From Tissierella praeacuta DSM 18095 (GTDB taxonomy: Bacteria > Bacillota > Clostridia > Tissierellales > Tissierellaceae), in NCBI RefSeq assembly GCF_900128955.1, contig NZ_FQTY01000005.1, positions 125,856 through 149,855 on the forward strand: 24,000 nucleotides of DNA. Reading direction: 5' to 3'. The translations under genes were made by a program, and so were the position numbers. Shown here piece after piece: positions 1 through 8,894 of this stretch; within the stretch, counting starts at the first letter, position 1, and the number at the start of each line of letters is the position of its first letter. A model generated the notes under the pieces. It was not told the DNA's origin. It was given only the letters and a program-made list of their open reading frames with translations, and searched no databases.

Positions 1-219
1 TTTCAATAATGGAACATTATATCCTGTTTTTTCTATAACTTTAACCAACTCTTCGGGCTTAATCTTATCTGTATCAAATTCAATATTCGCCTTATTCGCC
101 AATAAATTTACTACTACAGATAATACTCCCTCCTGTTTTGCTAATACTCTTTCTACTCTATTAGAGCAAGCTGCACAGGTCATACCGACTATATCTATAT
201 TTACTTTTTTAACTGTCAC
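1..219 (-). CDS. copA: Heavy-metal (probably copper) P-type ATPase, N-terminal HMA domain; only the 5' part is present and the gene runs off the window start
   Basis: Minus-strand translation from GTG 217-219 gives VTVKKVNIDIVGMTCAACSNRVERVLAKQEGVLSVVVNLLANKANIEFDTDKIKPEELVKVIEKTGYNVPLLK, which carries the GMTCxxC metal-binding motif. GGAAAGGAG RBS upstream. The frame is open to base 1 and continues past the usual CopZ length. Missing from the ORF track because it is truncated. Confidence 0.7.
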   Translation of the reverse strand, partial: MTVKKVNIDIVGMTCAACSNRVERVLAKQEGVLSVVVNLLANKANIEFDTDKIKPEELVKVIEKTGYNVPLLK

Positions 220-236
220 TATATCACTCCTTTCCT

Positions 237-263
237 TACCCCCCCACCAGGGGGGTGTGGTTA
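237..263 (-). promoter_or_regulatory. CsoR-type copper-repressor operator candidate (C-run/G-run pseudo-palindrome)
   Basis: TACCCCCCCACCAGGGGGGTGTGGTTA: C-rich and G-rich arms around a 4-nt spacer, in an otherwise AT-rich intergenic region. It lies directly downstream of the -10 of the ATPase promoter and resembles TACCC-N-GGGGTA CsoR boxes. Confidence 0.5.
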
Positions 264-264
264 T

Positions 265-293
265 ATTTTATTCTTCTTTAATTACTTTGTCAA
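265..293 (-). promoter_or_regulatory. SigA-type promoter of the metal ATPase gene
   Basis: Minus strand reads TTGACA-17 nt-TAAAAT (the -35 is complement of 288-293, the -10 complement of 265-270). Confidence 0.55.
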
Positions 294-326
294 TATTATT
301 TTAAAATAATATTGAATTATACATAG

Positions 327-358
327 AGACCTCTGAAAATTTTAATTTTCAGAGGTCT
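327..358. terminator. Perfect 14-bp hairpin, likely terminator/insulator between the NhaC-family gene and the ATPase promoter
   Basis: AGACCTCTGAAAAT-TTTA-ATTTTCAGAGGTCT. The T-run follows on the plus strand only; on the minus strand the trailing sequence is only moderately U-rich. Confidence 0.55.
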
Positions 359-400
359 TTTAAATATACTAAATATAAATATAAATTAATCTGTGAAAGT

Positions 401-1864
401 TTACAACTCTACTTTTTGTTTCTTCTTTTTTAAACTTACCTGTGGTTCTGATGGTATATTAAATAATGGAATAAACCTATCAAGCCCTGTCAATGTAAGA
501 ATTAACATTGAAAATACAGCTATTATTGCCATATAGTTATACTTAATAATATCTATAGCCGTGATTTCCTTCAAAGGATAAACTGCCATGCATATTGCTA
601 CATAAAATCCCATATAGCAATGCCAAGGAATAAGCTGAGAACCGAATACCCCCATTGCATCTGAAAAAGTAGCATTTCTTAATCTAAGTTTATACATATC
701 CTCTTCTGATGCCTCTACATTTTTATCAGTCATTTCTTTTATTATTGGACCAATAGTTACTATTTGTGCCATCTCATCAGCTAAAGCCGCATTACCAATT
801 ATAGAAAGAAGACCATTGTAAAACATTAATTGCCTTACTGATTTAGATATTCTAAGTACAAAATTAGATATTGGTTCAAAGGCTCCAATACTGCTCATAA
901 TACCCCCAAAGGCACCTATCCAAAGCATCATAACAACTGACCAGCTGCCTGCCGACTCAAATCCAGCCTGAACTAATTCTAAAAACTCATTTAGAGAACC
1001 TACTGTACCAGCAGCTAATCCAAAGATTAATGCAGATATAATTCCTATGCCAAGACAAATCATTGTAGGAACTCCCTTGAATGCTATAGCTATTACAAGA
1101 AACATAGGTATTACCATAAAATAGGGGACTCCTGATTTTACCTGCTCTAATAATGTAACTGCTGCAGGTCTAACTTCTGCCAACCTTTCAAATACATCTG
1201 CTGGTATAGAATCAATAGCATCAGCAGCATTACCTACTGTATTAGGCAGCCCCATTGAAATACTAACTAAATATATTACTAATCCAGATATTAAAAGAAC
1301 TAATGCAGACCATACTCCTTGATGTCTTACTCTATCTGTTACATTAACTTTTTGCAATCCCGAACTAACAACTGTAGTATCTGAAATCAAACCAATATTA
1401 TCTCCAAAACAGGATCCTCCAGCTATGGCAGCTGCTGTAAGTAGGACATGACCTCCTACTATATGGTTGAGCCATAAAAATACAGGAGCACAAGATGCAA
1501 AGGTTCCCCAAGAGGTTCCAGTAGCTATTGATAAAAGTGATGTAACTACAAATCCTACTATTGCAACAGTCTTTGCAGTAACTCCAAGTTTCAAAGAAAT
1601 TATTATAATAGATGCCCCAACTCCTGTAGCCATAAAGGTTTCTGCCACTGCATATGCAAACATTAAAATGAAAAATACAAGTATCATTTCCTTTACAGCT
1701 TTAAAACCATTTTCCATTATTTCATCATATTTATGTTTTTCAGTAAATCCAGCTATGAATCCAGCATAAATTGTAGCTAAAGGTGCTGCCATAACCAAAT
1801 CCATACCAGATATCATTAAACCTGCTAATAAAAATATAGGTGTTAATTTAATAATTGCCATCAT
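401..1864 (-). CDS. Na+/H+ antiporter NhaC-family membrane transporter (substrate unknown)
   Basis: 487-aa polytopic hydrophobic protein with NhaC-like architecture. AAGGAGGT RBS before the tandem ATG ATG start. Last gene of the sigma-54 operon. Confidence 0.7.
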   Translation of the reverse strand: MMAIIKLTPIFLLAGLMISGMDLVMAAPLATIYAGFIAGFTEKHKYDEIMENGFKAVKEMILVFFILMFAYAVAETFMATGVGASIIIISLKLGVTAKTVAIVGFVVTSLLSIATGTSWGTFASCAPVFLWLNHIVGGHVLLTAAAIAGGSCFGDNIGLISDTTVVSSGLQKVNVTDRVRHQGVWSALVLLISGLVIYLVSISMGLPNTVGNAADAIDSIPADVFERLAEVRPAAVTLLEQVKSGVPYFMVIPMFLVIAIAFKGVPTMICLGIGIISALIFGLAAGTVGSLNEFLELVQAGFESAGSWSVVMMLWIGAFGGIMSSIGAFEPISNFVLRISKSVRQLMFYNGLLSIIGNAALADEMAQIVTIGPIIKEMTDKNVEASEEDMYKLRLRNATFSDAMGVFGSQLIPWHCYMGFYVAICMAVYPLKEITAIDIIKYNYMAIIAVFSMLILTLTGLDRFIPLFNIPSEPQVSLKKKKQKVEL

Positions 1865-1945
1865 ATTACCTCCTTATAATTTAAGTTTGTTAATATTCTG
1901 TCAATTTTCCCAATTTTCTGAAAGTTCTTCTTATAAAATAAGGTT

Positions 1946-3064
1946 TCAATATACTCCTGAAACCTTATATATAATATCCATTTTGTATCCAACCTTAATT
2001 CTATAATATCCTGCTAATTTTTTATCAGTTGTTTCATCTCCTGTATAGATTAAGAGAGGATTTCCTCTTAAATCAACTATTTTAGAATTAGGAGCTATTA
2101 TTAAAATATTATCTTTTCCAATTATTTTAAGTACTTTGGGGCTTATTTGTTGATTACCTCTTCCTAAAAGATATCCTTGCCCTCCTGTTGGAGTTATGAT
2201 TAACCTTCCTTTTTTATCAGCTAAAACATTTAATATATCTTCTTCATTACAGTCTAATTTAATTACCTTTTTATCCTTAACAATATCTACACCTAATAAA
2301 GTACTAGGAAGATTCAATGTTTCCATAATAGCCCTAGTAGTTGTACCTGGTCCTATAATATAATATATTTCTTCTTCCATATTATCTATAATATCTAAGG
2401 CAATAGCTTTTTGACTTGCTTCCTCTATCAAAGGAGTAGGAGCCTTTTTATTTTGCAATAATTCTTTTTTATAGGGTATTTTCAAATAACCAAAAAGTTG
2501 AGTTCTTACTATATCATTTCTAAAGGCTTCCTCATCTATATCAATAACCTCTTCTTCTTTTACATTAAGATTGTCACCCTTTAGATATAATAGAGCTAAT
2601 TCTCCAGCAGATTCTGGTGTGTTTCCATAGACTGGAGAGTGAATTTTTACTCCTGCGGGAATACCAAGTACGACTACCCTATTATTTATAGCCTCATATA
2701 TATTCCTAGCAGTACCATCTCCACCTACAAAAATAATTAGTTCTACACCTCTTTTCTCCATTAATTTAGCTGCATTTATAGTATCTAAAGCATTAGTTTC
2801 TTGGGTAGATTTATGAATTATTTCATAATCAAAACCTAAAAGTTTACATTGATTCTCTCCCATATCAAAAGAAGAAGTTAGTATCAACAATTCTTCCTTA
2901 ATGGGCTCTAGCTTTTTTAAAGCCTTAACGGCTTTACTAGGGGCTTCTTTCACAGCCCCTAGCTTTATTGCTTTATCCAAAATTTCCCTACCGTCAGTTC
3001 CCTTTAGTCCAACTTTACCACCCATTCCAGACACAGGATTGATAATTAGTCCAATAGTTTTCAT
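1946..3064 (-). CDS. ATP-NAD kinase family protein (AcoX-like, about 370-aa form)
   Basis: GGDGT signature (FVGGDGTARNIY) and an N-terminal GMGGK glycine-rich loop. Start lies 15 nt after the stop of the upstream gene. Confidence 0.7.
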   Translation of the reverse strand: MKTIGLIINPVSGMGGKVGLKGTDGREILDKAIKLGAVKEAPSKAVKALKKLEPIKEELLILTSSFDMGENQCKLLGFDYEIIHKSTQETNALDTINAAKLMEKRGVELIIFVGGDGTARNIYEAINNRVVVLGIPAGVKIHSPVYGNTPESAGELALLYLKGDNLNVKEEEVIDIDEEAFRNDIVRTQLFGYLKIPYKKELLQNKKAPTPLIEEASQKAIALDIIDNMEEEIYYIIGPGTTTRAIMETLNLPSTLLGVDIVKDKKVIKLDCNEEDILNVLADKKGRLIITPTGGQGYLLGRGNQQISPKVLKIIGKDNILIIAPNSKIVDLRGNPLLIYTGDETTDKKLAGYYRIKVGYKMDIIYKVSGVY

Positions 3065-3078
3065 AATGCAGTACCTAA

Positions 3079-4641
3079 TTAATCTTCTTTTGTCTTTCTA
3101 AGATAAACCCTCCAAGATGGACACCATTTTTCCGGATCATCAAGGCTTGATTCATCTACTTGATGGATAGTACTATTATGAGGTGCTTTATGAATTATTT
3201 CTGGAGATTCATAAGCCTCATTAAATATATGATGTAGCGTATCTATATACTCATCTAAATCTTCCCTAGAAGGTGTTTCTGTTGGCTCTAAAGTAATTGG
3301 CTCTGGAATATAATACGGATGATGACTTGACCATATATGCATGCCAAAATCCATTACTCTGCGGGATATATCAGCAGAAGTAATTCCTGTATCCTCAGTT
3401 ATTTTCTCAACAGTATATCTAGCCTGTTCAACTCTTTGAGTATCTATTTTATAAGGAACTGTTATTCCTTTATGCTCTAATAGTCTTTTAATTAAATAAA
3501 CATTGTTAAGAGATGCTACCTTAGCAACTTCATATAATCCTTCTGCTCCCAAACTCATTATCCAAGCATATGCTTTAAGAACAACTTGCGGTGTACCATA
3601 AAAAGCCTTCACTTTTCCAATACTATTCTTTAAATCATAATCTAAAAAATATTTTTCTCCATCATAAGCAATTAATGGCTTTGGTAAATATTGTTTCAGT
3701 TCTTCTACTACCCCTATTGCACCAGAACCTGGTCCTCCACATCCATGTGGTGTTCCAAAGGATTTATGAAGATTGAAATAACACATATGAAATCCTGCTT
3801 CCTTTGCCCTAGCTACACCGAAAAGTCCATTGGCATTAGCCTGATCATAACAATTTAATCCTCCCGCCTTAGTCACTAAATCTGTAAACTCCTTGACTCT
3901 TGGATTAAATATACCAGTATCTTCAGGGTTTGCTACAACAAAAGCAGCTGTTCTATCACTTACTGCGGCTTTAAAAGCCTCATAGTCGGGATGTCCATTT
4001 TCATCGGCCATAATTGTAATTATCTTATATCCCTTTAAAGCTGGTGCTGCTGCATCAGAAGGATGAGAGTATACAGTAGTTATTATTTCATCTCTTTTTT
4101 CTTCTTCTCCCCTTAATCTATGATACATTCTAACAATTGAGGCCATAGTCATAGTGGCTTGAGAGCCTCCTCCAGGTTGGAAACTAAAATAATCCATACC
4201 TGAAATTTCCCTCATCATTAAATCCGTTTTATACATTATTTCTAATATACCCTGAACTGTACTTTCATCTTGTAAAGGATGAAGTGCTGTCATCTTTTCA
4301 GTATTAGCAATTTTATCATTGATCTTAGGATTATATTTTACAGTACAAGTTCCTTGACCGATTTCCACATTTATATCTCCACCTAAAGTTTCCTGTGAAA
4401 GTCTTAAATAATGCATTAAAACTCTCTTCTGATTTATTTCTGGTAAATTAGGTGCTCCATTTCTTCTCATAGATAAAGGAAGTTTAGACAATCCATCTCC
4501 CACTTGATTAATTATAGCTTCTTCTGCCTTGGGAACTAACACTCCCCTTTCGCCCTTGCGACTTAATTCAAATATAATTGGCTCATTCCATCTTGCTTGA
4601 TGAAAGTCTCTAACCTTAGAGCTTCTCTTTATTCTCTTCAT
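3079..4641 (-). CDS. gcvPB: Glycine dehydrogenase (decarboxylating) subunit 2-like PLP enzyme (P-protein beta paralogue)
   Basis: 520 aa. The PLP-lysine region FNLHKSFGTPHGCGGPGSG matches the GcvPB NLHKTF..PHGGGGPG motif. GAAAGGA RBS. Confidence 0.75.
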   Translation of the reverse strand: MKRIKRSSKVRDFHQARWNEPIIFELSRKGERGVLVPKAEEAIINQVGDGLSKLPLSMRRNGAPNLPEINQKRVLMHYLRLSQETLGGDINVEIGQGTCTVKYNPKINDKIANTEKMTALHPLQDESTVQGILEIMYKTDLMMREISGMDYFSFQPGGGSQATMTMASIVRMYHRLRGEEEKRDEIITTVYSHPSDAAAPALKGYKIITIMADENGHPDYEAFKAAVSDRTAAFVVANPEDTGIFNPRVKEFTDLVTKAGGLNCYDQANANGLFGVARAKEAGFHMCYFNLHKSFGTPHGCGGPGSGAIGVVEELKQYLPKPLIAYDGEKYFLDYDLKNSIGKVKAFYGTPQVVLKAYAWIMSLGAEGLYEVAKVASLNNVYLIKRLLEHKGITVPYKIDTQRVEQARYTVEKITEDTGITSADISRRVMDFGMHIWSSHHPYYIPEPITLEPTETPSREDLDEYIDTLHHIFNEAYESPEIIHKAPHNSTIHQVDESSLDDPEKWCPSWRVYLRKTKED

Positions 4642-4662
4642 TTAATCAATCCTTTCTATAGA

Positions 4663-6066
4663 TTATCCTTCGATGATTTTTCTAATGGCATTTACTAAAG
4701 TATCAATATCTTCCTTTAAATGAACTTCAGTAACACAGTACAAAGCCGATTGACCTAATTCAGGGAACTCCTCAGATAAATCTTTGCCACCAAATATACC
4801 TTCATCTAGTAATTTCTTATTTATCTCATTTACGGTTTTTCCAGTATTATTGAAATCAACTACAAATTCTTTAAATCCTATATTATTAAACCTTGAGCCT
4901 TTAACGCCTTTTACTTTAGATAGTTCTTCTATAGCGTATAAGGATTTCTGTATAATATTTTGCCCTAATTCAACCATTCCCTTAGGTCCCATTAAAGACA
5001 AATAAACTCCTGCTGTAATACCAAGCAGAGCAGTTTGTGTACCTACGTATTCCTTACCTTTCTCTCTCAAGTTTCCAAAGGAAGTTCTTTCATAGGCTAT
5101 ATCTCCAAATCCATATTCTCCTTCTTTTATAGTGGGAGCTACACCGAATAATCTAGATGGATACTCCATTACAAATCTTTCTTCATCTCTAGTAGAAATA
5201 AAACCTGATTGTCCTCCACCATAATTCATATGCATCCCCAAAGGTTGAAGATCTCCACATATAATATCTGCTCCATAGGATGATGGAGGTGCTATAACTC
5301 CCAAGCTACTTGGATCAACACCTACTACTGATATTGCACCAGCTTCATGAGCTATCTTAGAAATCTCAGCCCCTTGGTCTTCAATAAATCCTAAATATGA
5401 AGGATTCTCAAAATATACTGCTGCAGTATTATCAGAAATCTTTTTCCTCAAATCTTCTAAATCCATCTTTCCAGTTTCTTTATCATAATCAATTAAAGTA
5501 ATTTTAACCCCTGGATCACAATAATTTTTTATTATCATCAACCTTTCAGTACTTATAGTCCCAACAACTAAAGCTTCAGACCTTTCAGTAATTCTAGATG
5601 ACATCCTGAGGGATGTAGCAGCTCCTTGAGCCCAATCAAAGGTAGGAACATTTACAACATCCATATCAAGTAATTCCGCTAATAAGGACTCATATTCAAA
5701 CAAAGTCTGAAATCTACCATGGTCATTATATGGCTCTCCAGCATAAGCAGTCAAAAATTCAGATCTGCTATTTATTTCATCACAAACTGCTGGTACATAA
5801 TGCTGCCAGCATCCTGCTCCTAGAAAATTCAAATATTCCTTAGATGATATATTCTTTCTCAAAATTTTATCTATGCCTCTTTTTAATTCATACTCTGACT
5901 CAAAAGGCTTTGGCAAATTCAACGGTCTTTTTAATTTTAATTCTTCTGGTACTTCTGCATGTAATTCATCTAAAGATTTTAATCCTATTTTTTCTAACAT
6001 TTCCCTTTGAACTTCTAAATCTGAATTTGGAATATAGGGATGATTTTTAAATCCACGTATTGTCAT
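4663..6066 (-). CDS. gcvPA: Glycine dehydrogenase (decarboxylating) subunit 1-like protein (P-protein alpha paralogue, divergent)
   Basis: 467 aa. The N-terminus HPYIPNSDLEVQREMLEKIGLKSLDELHAEVPEELKLKRPLNLP and the FLGAG...SRSEFLTAY block parallel GcvPA, but the following AYTPYQPEISQG-type block is replaced by AYAGEPYNDHGRFQ. AGGAGGT RBS. Confidence 0.7.
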   Translation of the reverse strand: MTIRGFKNHPYIPNSDLEVQREMLEKIGLKSLDELHAEVPEELKLKRPLNLPKPFESEYELKRGIDKILRKNISSKEYLNFLGAGCWQHYVPAVCDEINSRSEFLTAYAGEPYNDHGRFQTLFEYESLLAELLDMDVVNVPTFDWAQGAATSLRMSSRITERSEALVVGTISTERLMIIKNYCDPGVKITLIDYDKETGKMDLEDLRKKISDNTAAVYFENPSYLGFIEDQGAEISKIAHEAGAISVVGVDPSSLGVIAPPSSYGADIICGDLQPLGMHMNYGGGQSGFISTRDEERFVMEYPSRLFGVAPTIKEGEYGFGDIAYERTSFGNLREKGKEYVGTQTALLGITAGVYLSLMGPKGMVELGQNIIQKSLYAIEELSKVKGVKGSRFNNIGFKEFVVDFNNTGKTVNEINKKLLDEGIFGGKDLSEEFPELGQSALYCVTEVHLKEDIDTLVNAIRKIIEG

Positions 6067-6087
6067 ACTTCTACCTCCTAAATTTTA

Positions 6088-6864
6088 TTATGCAATTCCT
6101 CCACCATCTACAACTAAAGCAGTTCCAGTAACCCAAGTTGATAAATCACTACATAAAAACAGTACTGCCTTTGCAATATCCAATGGTGTTCCCAGTCTTT
6201 CTAGGGGTCTGCCCTTAGCTGATTCCACAAGGAAAGCATCTATCTCCTTTTCTCCAAGCTGTCTTCCTTCATCTCTTAACATTGCTGTGTCAGTATCCCC
6301 AGGATTTATAGAGTTAACTCTAATATTTTGTGGTCCATGATCAATTGCCATGGCTCGAGTTAAATTTACAATTCCACCCTTTACAGCACAGTAAACAGCG
6401 GCCTTATCTCCACCTTTTAGTCCCCAGCCTGAACCAGTATTTATTATGCTTCCTCCTCCATTTTTAGCCATAATTGGTATTGTATATTTAGATAATAAAT
6501 ATGTTCCTTTAAGTCCTACATCAATTACAAAATCCCATTCTTCTTCTGTTAAATCTACTACTGTCTTTCTAACAGTAACCCCCGCATTATTAAATAATAT
6601 ATCAATTCTGCCAAATTCTTCTTCTATTGATTTAATAGTATTTTTACAATCTTCATTATTAGTCACATCGCATTTCTTGAAAATAGCAAAACTACCCTCA
6701 TTAATGATTTCTTTAGCTGCCGAGTCTCCTTTTTCTTGATTAACATCAAGTAGCACAACCTTTGCACCATGTTGAGCTAATAATTTTCCCGTTCCCAGTC
6801 CAATACCAGAAGCTCCACCTGAAATAACCGCTACTTTTCCCTCTAAATTTAATGGATTATTCAT
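6088..6864 (-). CDS. Short-chain dehydrogenase/reductase (SDR) family oxidoreductase
   Basis: GGASGIGLG cofactor motif, NNAG, and catalytic YCAVKGG (YxxxK). Start moved to the ATG at 6862-6864 (MNNPLNLEGK...), which has a GAGGGGGAG RBS. The longer track ORF (to 6963) would run through the sigma-54 promoter. Confidence 0.85.
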   Translation of the reverse strand: MNNPLNLEGKVAVISGGASGIGLGTGKLLAQHGAKVVLLDVNQEKGDSAAKEIINEGSFAIFKKCDVTNNEDCKNTIKSIEEEFGRIDILFNNAGVTVRKTVVDLTEEEWDFVIDVGLKGTYLLSKYTIPIMAKNGGGSIINTGSGWGLKGGDKAAVYCAVKGGIVNLTRAMAIDHGPQNIRVNSINPGDTDTAMLRDEGRQLGEKEIDAFLVESAKGRPLERLGTPLDIAKAVLFLCSDLSTWVTGTALVVDGGGIA

Positions 6865-6915
6865 AATTCTCCCCCTCACAAAATAGTTTTCGCCAAATGC
6901 TATTGGTATTACTAT

Positions 6916-6934
6916 CTTGCATAAATCATGCCAA
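6916..6934 (-). promoter_or_regulatory. Sigma-54 (-24/-12) promoter of the SDR-gcvPA-gcvPB-kinase-transporter operon
   Basis: Minus strand reads TTGGCATGATTTATGCAAG. The GG and GC dinucleotides have exactly the TGGCAC-N5-TTGCA spacing. It lies about 55 nt upstream of the SDR start and is divergent from a GAFTGA-type activator gene. Confidence 0.8.
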
Positions 6935-6953
6935 AAAATTAGATAAAAAATAT

Positions 6954-7067
6954 CTTTTAGCAATCTACCTATTTTTTCAGACTTTTAGCAATTTTATAAT
7001 TGTTTTATTGAGTTAATGTGGTATAATTAAATTGTCTTTATTGACAAATATAGCAACTTTTTTGCTA
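6954..7067. promoter_or_regulatory. Candidate enhancer (UAS) sites: repeated TAGCAA half-sites
   Basis: CTTTTAGCAAT occurs at 6954-6964 and 6982-6992 (28-bp period), and the palindrome TAGCAActtttTTGCTA lies at 7051-7067. All are upstream of the sigma-54 promoter in the divergent intergenic region. Confidence 0.35.
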
Positions 7068-7086
7068 GATATGGCAGGTGCCTGAT

Positions 7087-8799
7087 ATGATTGATTTAAA
7101 AAGCTTAAAAAGTAGTTTAGCAAATATAGTATCAACAATGGCTAACTTAACCAATATGGAATATGCAATATTTAACACCAATGCTGAATTAGTAAGTAGT
7201 ACACAAGTTTATTTGCAAAGGAAAGGTCTAAAAGTACATTTAACCTCTATAGAAGAAGTCTTAAATCAAGGAAATGTAATTGTGAATAAACCTGGACTTA
7301 TGAAATCATGTGTTGGATGCAGATTTGTTAATAACTGTCCTTCTACTATAGAAATTCTATCCTGTATAAAACTAAATGGAGAACCTATAGGTGTAGTGAG
7401 TCTCACATCATTTTCTCAAGAAGGACATAATATGATTGAAGAAAACATTCGAATATATACAGATATGTTGGAGGATATTTCAAACTTAATATCTATGTTT
7501 GCATTTAATGAAAACTCAAAAAAAGATACTCAAGTCTTACATGAAATAATTAGTAACATTATTGAAGAAACAGAAGATAACTATCTTATAGTAAATAATA
7601 GGGGTCTTTTAATTCATTGGACTAAAGGTATTGAAGAACTATTTTCTTATTGCGATTTATATACACAAACTATTGATTTAATGTTTCCTAAAGACATTAC
7701 TAATTGGATATTTAATGAAGAAAAACAGGGGAAAAAATATTGTGTTATAGAAGGATTTAAAGGAATTTTATACTCCAGACCTTTAAAAATAGAAGAAGAT
7801 ATAGTGGGTTACATTCTAAAATTAGAAAAAGATAAAAATAGTTCAAATTCACATATTAAAGAAGATTATTTAGGCTCCATTATCTCCAATGATTACAAAA
7901 TAGAAAATATAAAATCACAAATAAAAAAAATATCCAATTCATCTTCTTCAGTTTTAATAACTGGTGATACAGGCACAGGAAAGGAAGTAGTGGCAAAAGC
8001 AATTCACTATACAAGTAAAAGAGCTAATAATCCTTTCATTCCAATTAACTGTGCTAATATACCAGACTCTTTATTTGAATCTGAACTCTTTGGATATGAG
8101 GAAGGTGCTTTTACTGGTGCAAAAAAAGGTGGTAAATTAGGTTTGTTTGAATTGGCTAATGGTGGTTCAATCTTTTTAGATGAAATTGGTGAATTGCCAA
8201 TTTACTTACAAGCCAAATTACTTAGAGTTCTTCAAGAAAATGCTATACAAAGATTAGGTAGTATCACAAATATCCCAGTGGATATTAGAATAATAGCAGC
8301 TACTAATCAAGATTTAGAGTCAATGGTAAATGAAAATAAATTTAGAGCTGATTTGTTCTATAGATTAAATGTTATACCTATTTATTTACCTCCATTAAAT
8401 CAAAGATTATCGGATATAGACATACTCTCAACCCATTTTATAGAAAAATATAATAGAAAACTAATGAAAAACATTAATAATATTTCCAAAGAAGCCTTGG
8501 AACTTATGAAATCATATTCATGGCCAGGAAATGTAAGAGAACTTGAAAACACTATAGAATATGCAATTAATATGGAAGATACAGAAATTATTCATATTGA
8601 AAGCCTTCCCCATAGAATAAGAAAAAAAGCTAATGGAAAAAACGATTTTAAAGAGCTAATTGCACAAAAAGAAGCAGATTTAATTATAAATGTCCTCAAT
8701 AAACACGGTTGGGATTTAGAAGGAAAACAAAAAGCATCAAAAGAATTAGGAATTAGTATTAGAACATTATATAGAAAACTCAAAGAACTGGAAATATAG
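7087..8799 (+). CDS. Sigma-54-dependent transcriptional activator (bEBP) with an N-terminal sensor region, AAA+ core and C-terminal Fis-type HTH
   Basis: Walker A GDTGTGKE, the GAFTGA loop (ESELFGYEEGAFTGA), Walker B GGSIFLDEIGE, and the C-terminal HTH ASKELGISIRTLYRKLKEL. Start is either the ATG at 7087 (preferred, AGGTG 6 nt upstream) or the GTG at 7078. Confidence 0.9.
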   Translation: MIDLKSLKSSLANIVSTMANLTNMEYAIFNTNAELVSSTQVYLQRKGLKVHLTSIEEVLNQGNVIVNKPGLMKSCVGCRFVNNCPSTIEILSCIKLNGEPIGVVSLTSFSQEGHNMIEENIRIYTDMLEDISNLISMFAFNENSKKDTQVLHEIISNIIEETEDNYLIVNNRGLLIHWTKGIEELFSYCDLYTQTIDLMFPKDITNWIFNEEKQGKKYCVIEGFKGILYSRPLKIEEDIVGYILKLEKDKNSSNSHIKEDYLGSIISNDYKIENIKSQIKKISNSSSSVLITGDTGTGKEVVAKAIHYTSKRANNPFIPINCANIPDSLFESELFGYEEGAFTGAKKGGKLGLFELANGGSIFLDEIGELPIYLQAKLLRVLQENAIQRLGSITNIPVDIRIIAATNQDLESMVNENKFRADLFYRLNVIPIYLPPLNQRLSDIDILSTHFIEKYNRKLMKNINNISKEALELMKSYSWPGNVRELENTIEYAINMEDTEIIHIESLPHRIRKKANGKNDFKELIAQKEADLIINVLNKHGWDLEGKQKASKELGISIRTLYRKLKELEI

Positions 8800-8811
8800 G
8801 TTCCTGAAATA

Positions 8812-8847
8812 ATAGACAAGTAGCTTATATGTAAGTTGCCTGTCTAT
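8812..8847 (+). terminator. Imperfect hairpin after the activator gene (weak terminator candidate)
   Basis: ATAGACA...TGTCTAT outer stem with an inner AGCTTA/TAAGTT stem. The downstream tract is A/T-rich rather than a clean T-run. Confidence 0.3.
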
Positions 8848-8857
8848 AATAAATTTA

Positions 8858-8886
8858 TTGCATTTATCTGAGAAATATATTATACT
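8858..8886 (+). promoter_or_regulatory. SigA-type promoter of the feo operon
   Basis: TTGCAT-17 nt-TATACT, immediately upstream of a Fur box. Confidence 0.55.
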
Positions 8887-8894
8887 TATAACGT

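Noticed and set aside
6865-6963. N-terminal 33-codon extension of the SDR ORF (MLKDIFYLIFWHDLCK...)
   Set aside because: The extension overlaps the sigma-54 promoter, has no RBS and no SDR homology. The internal ATG at 6864 has a strong GAGGGGGAG RBS and gives the normal distance to the GGASGIGLG motif.
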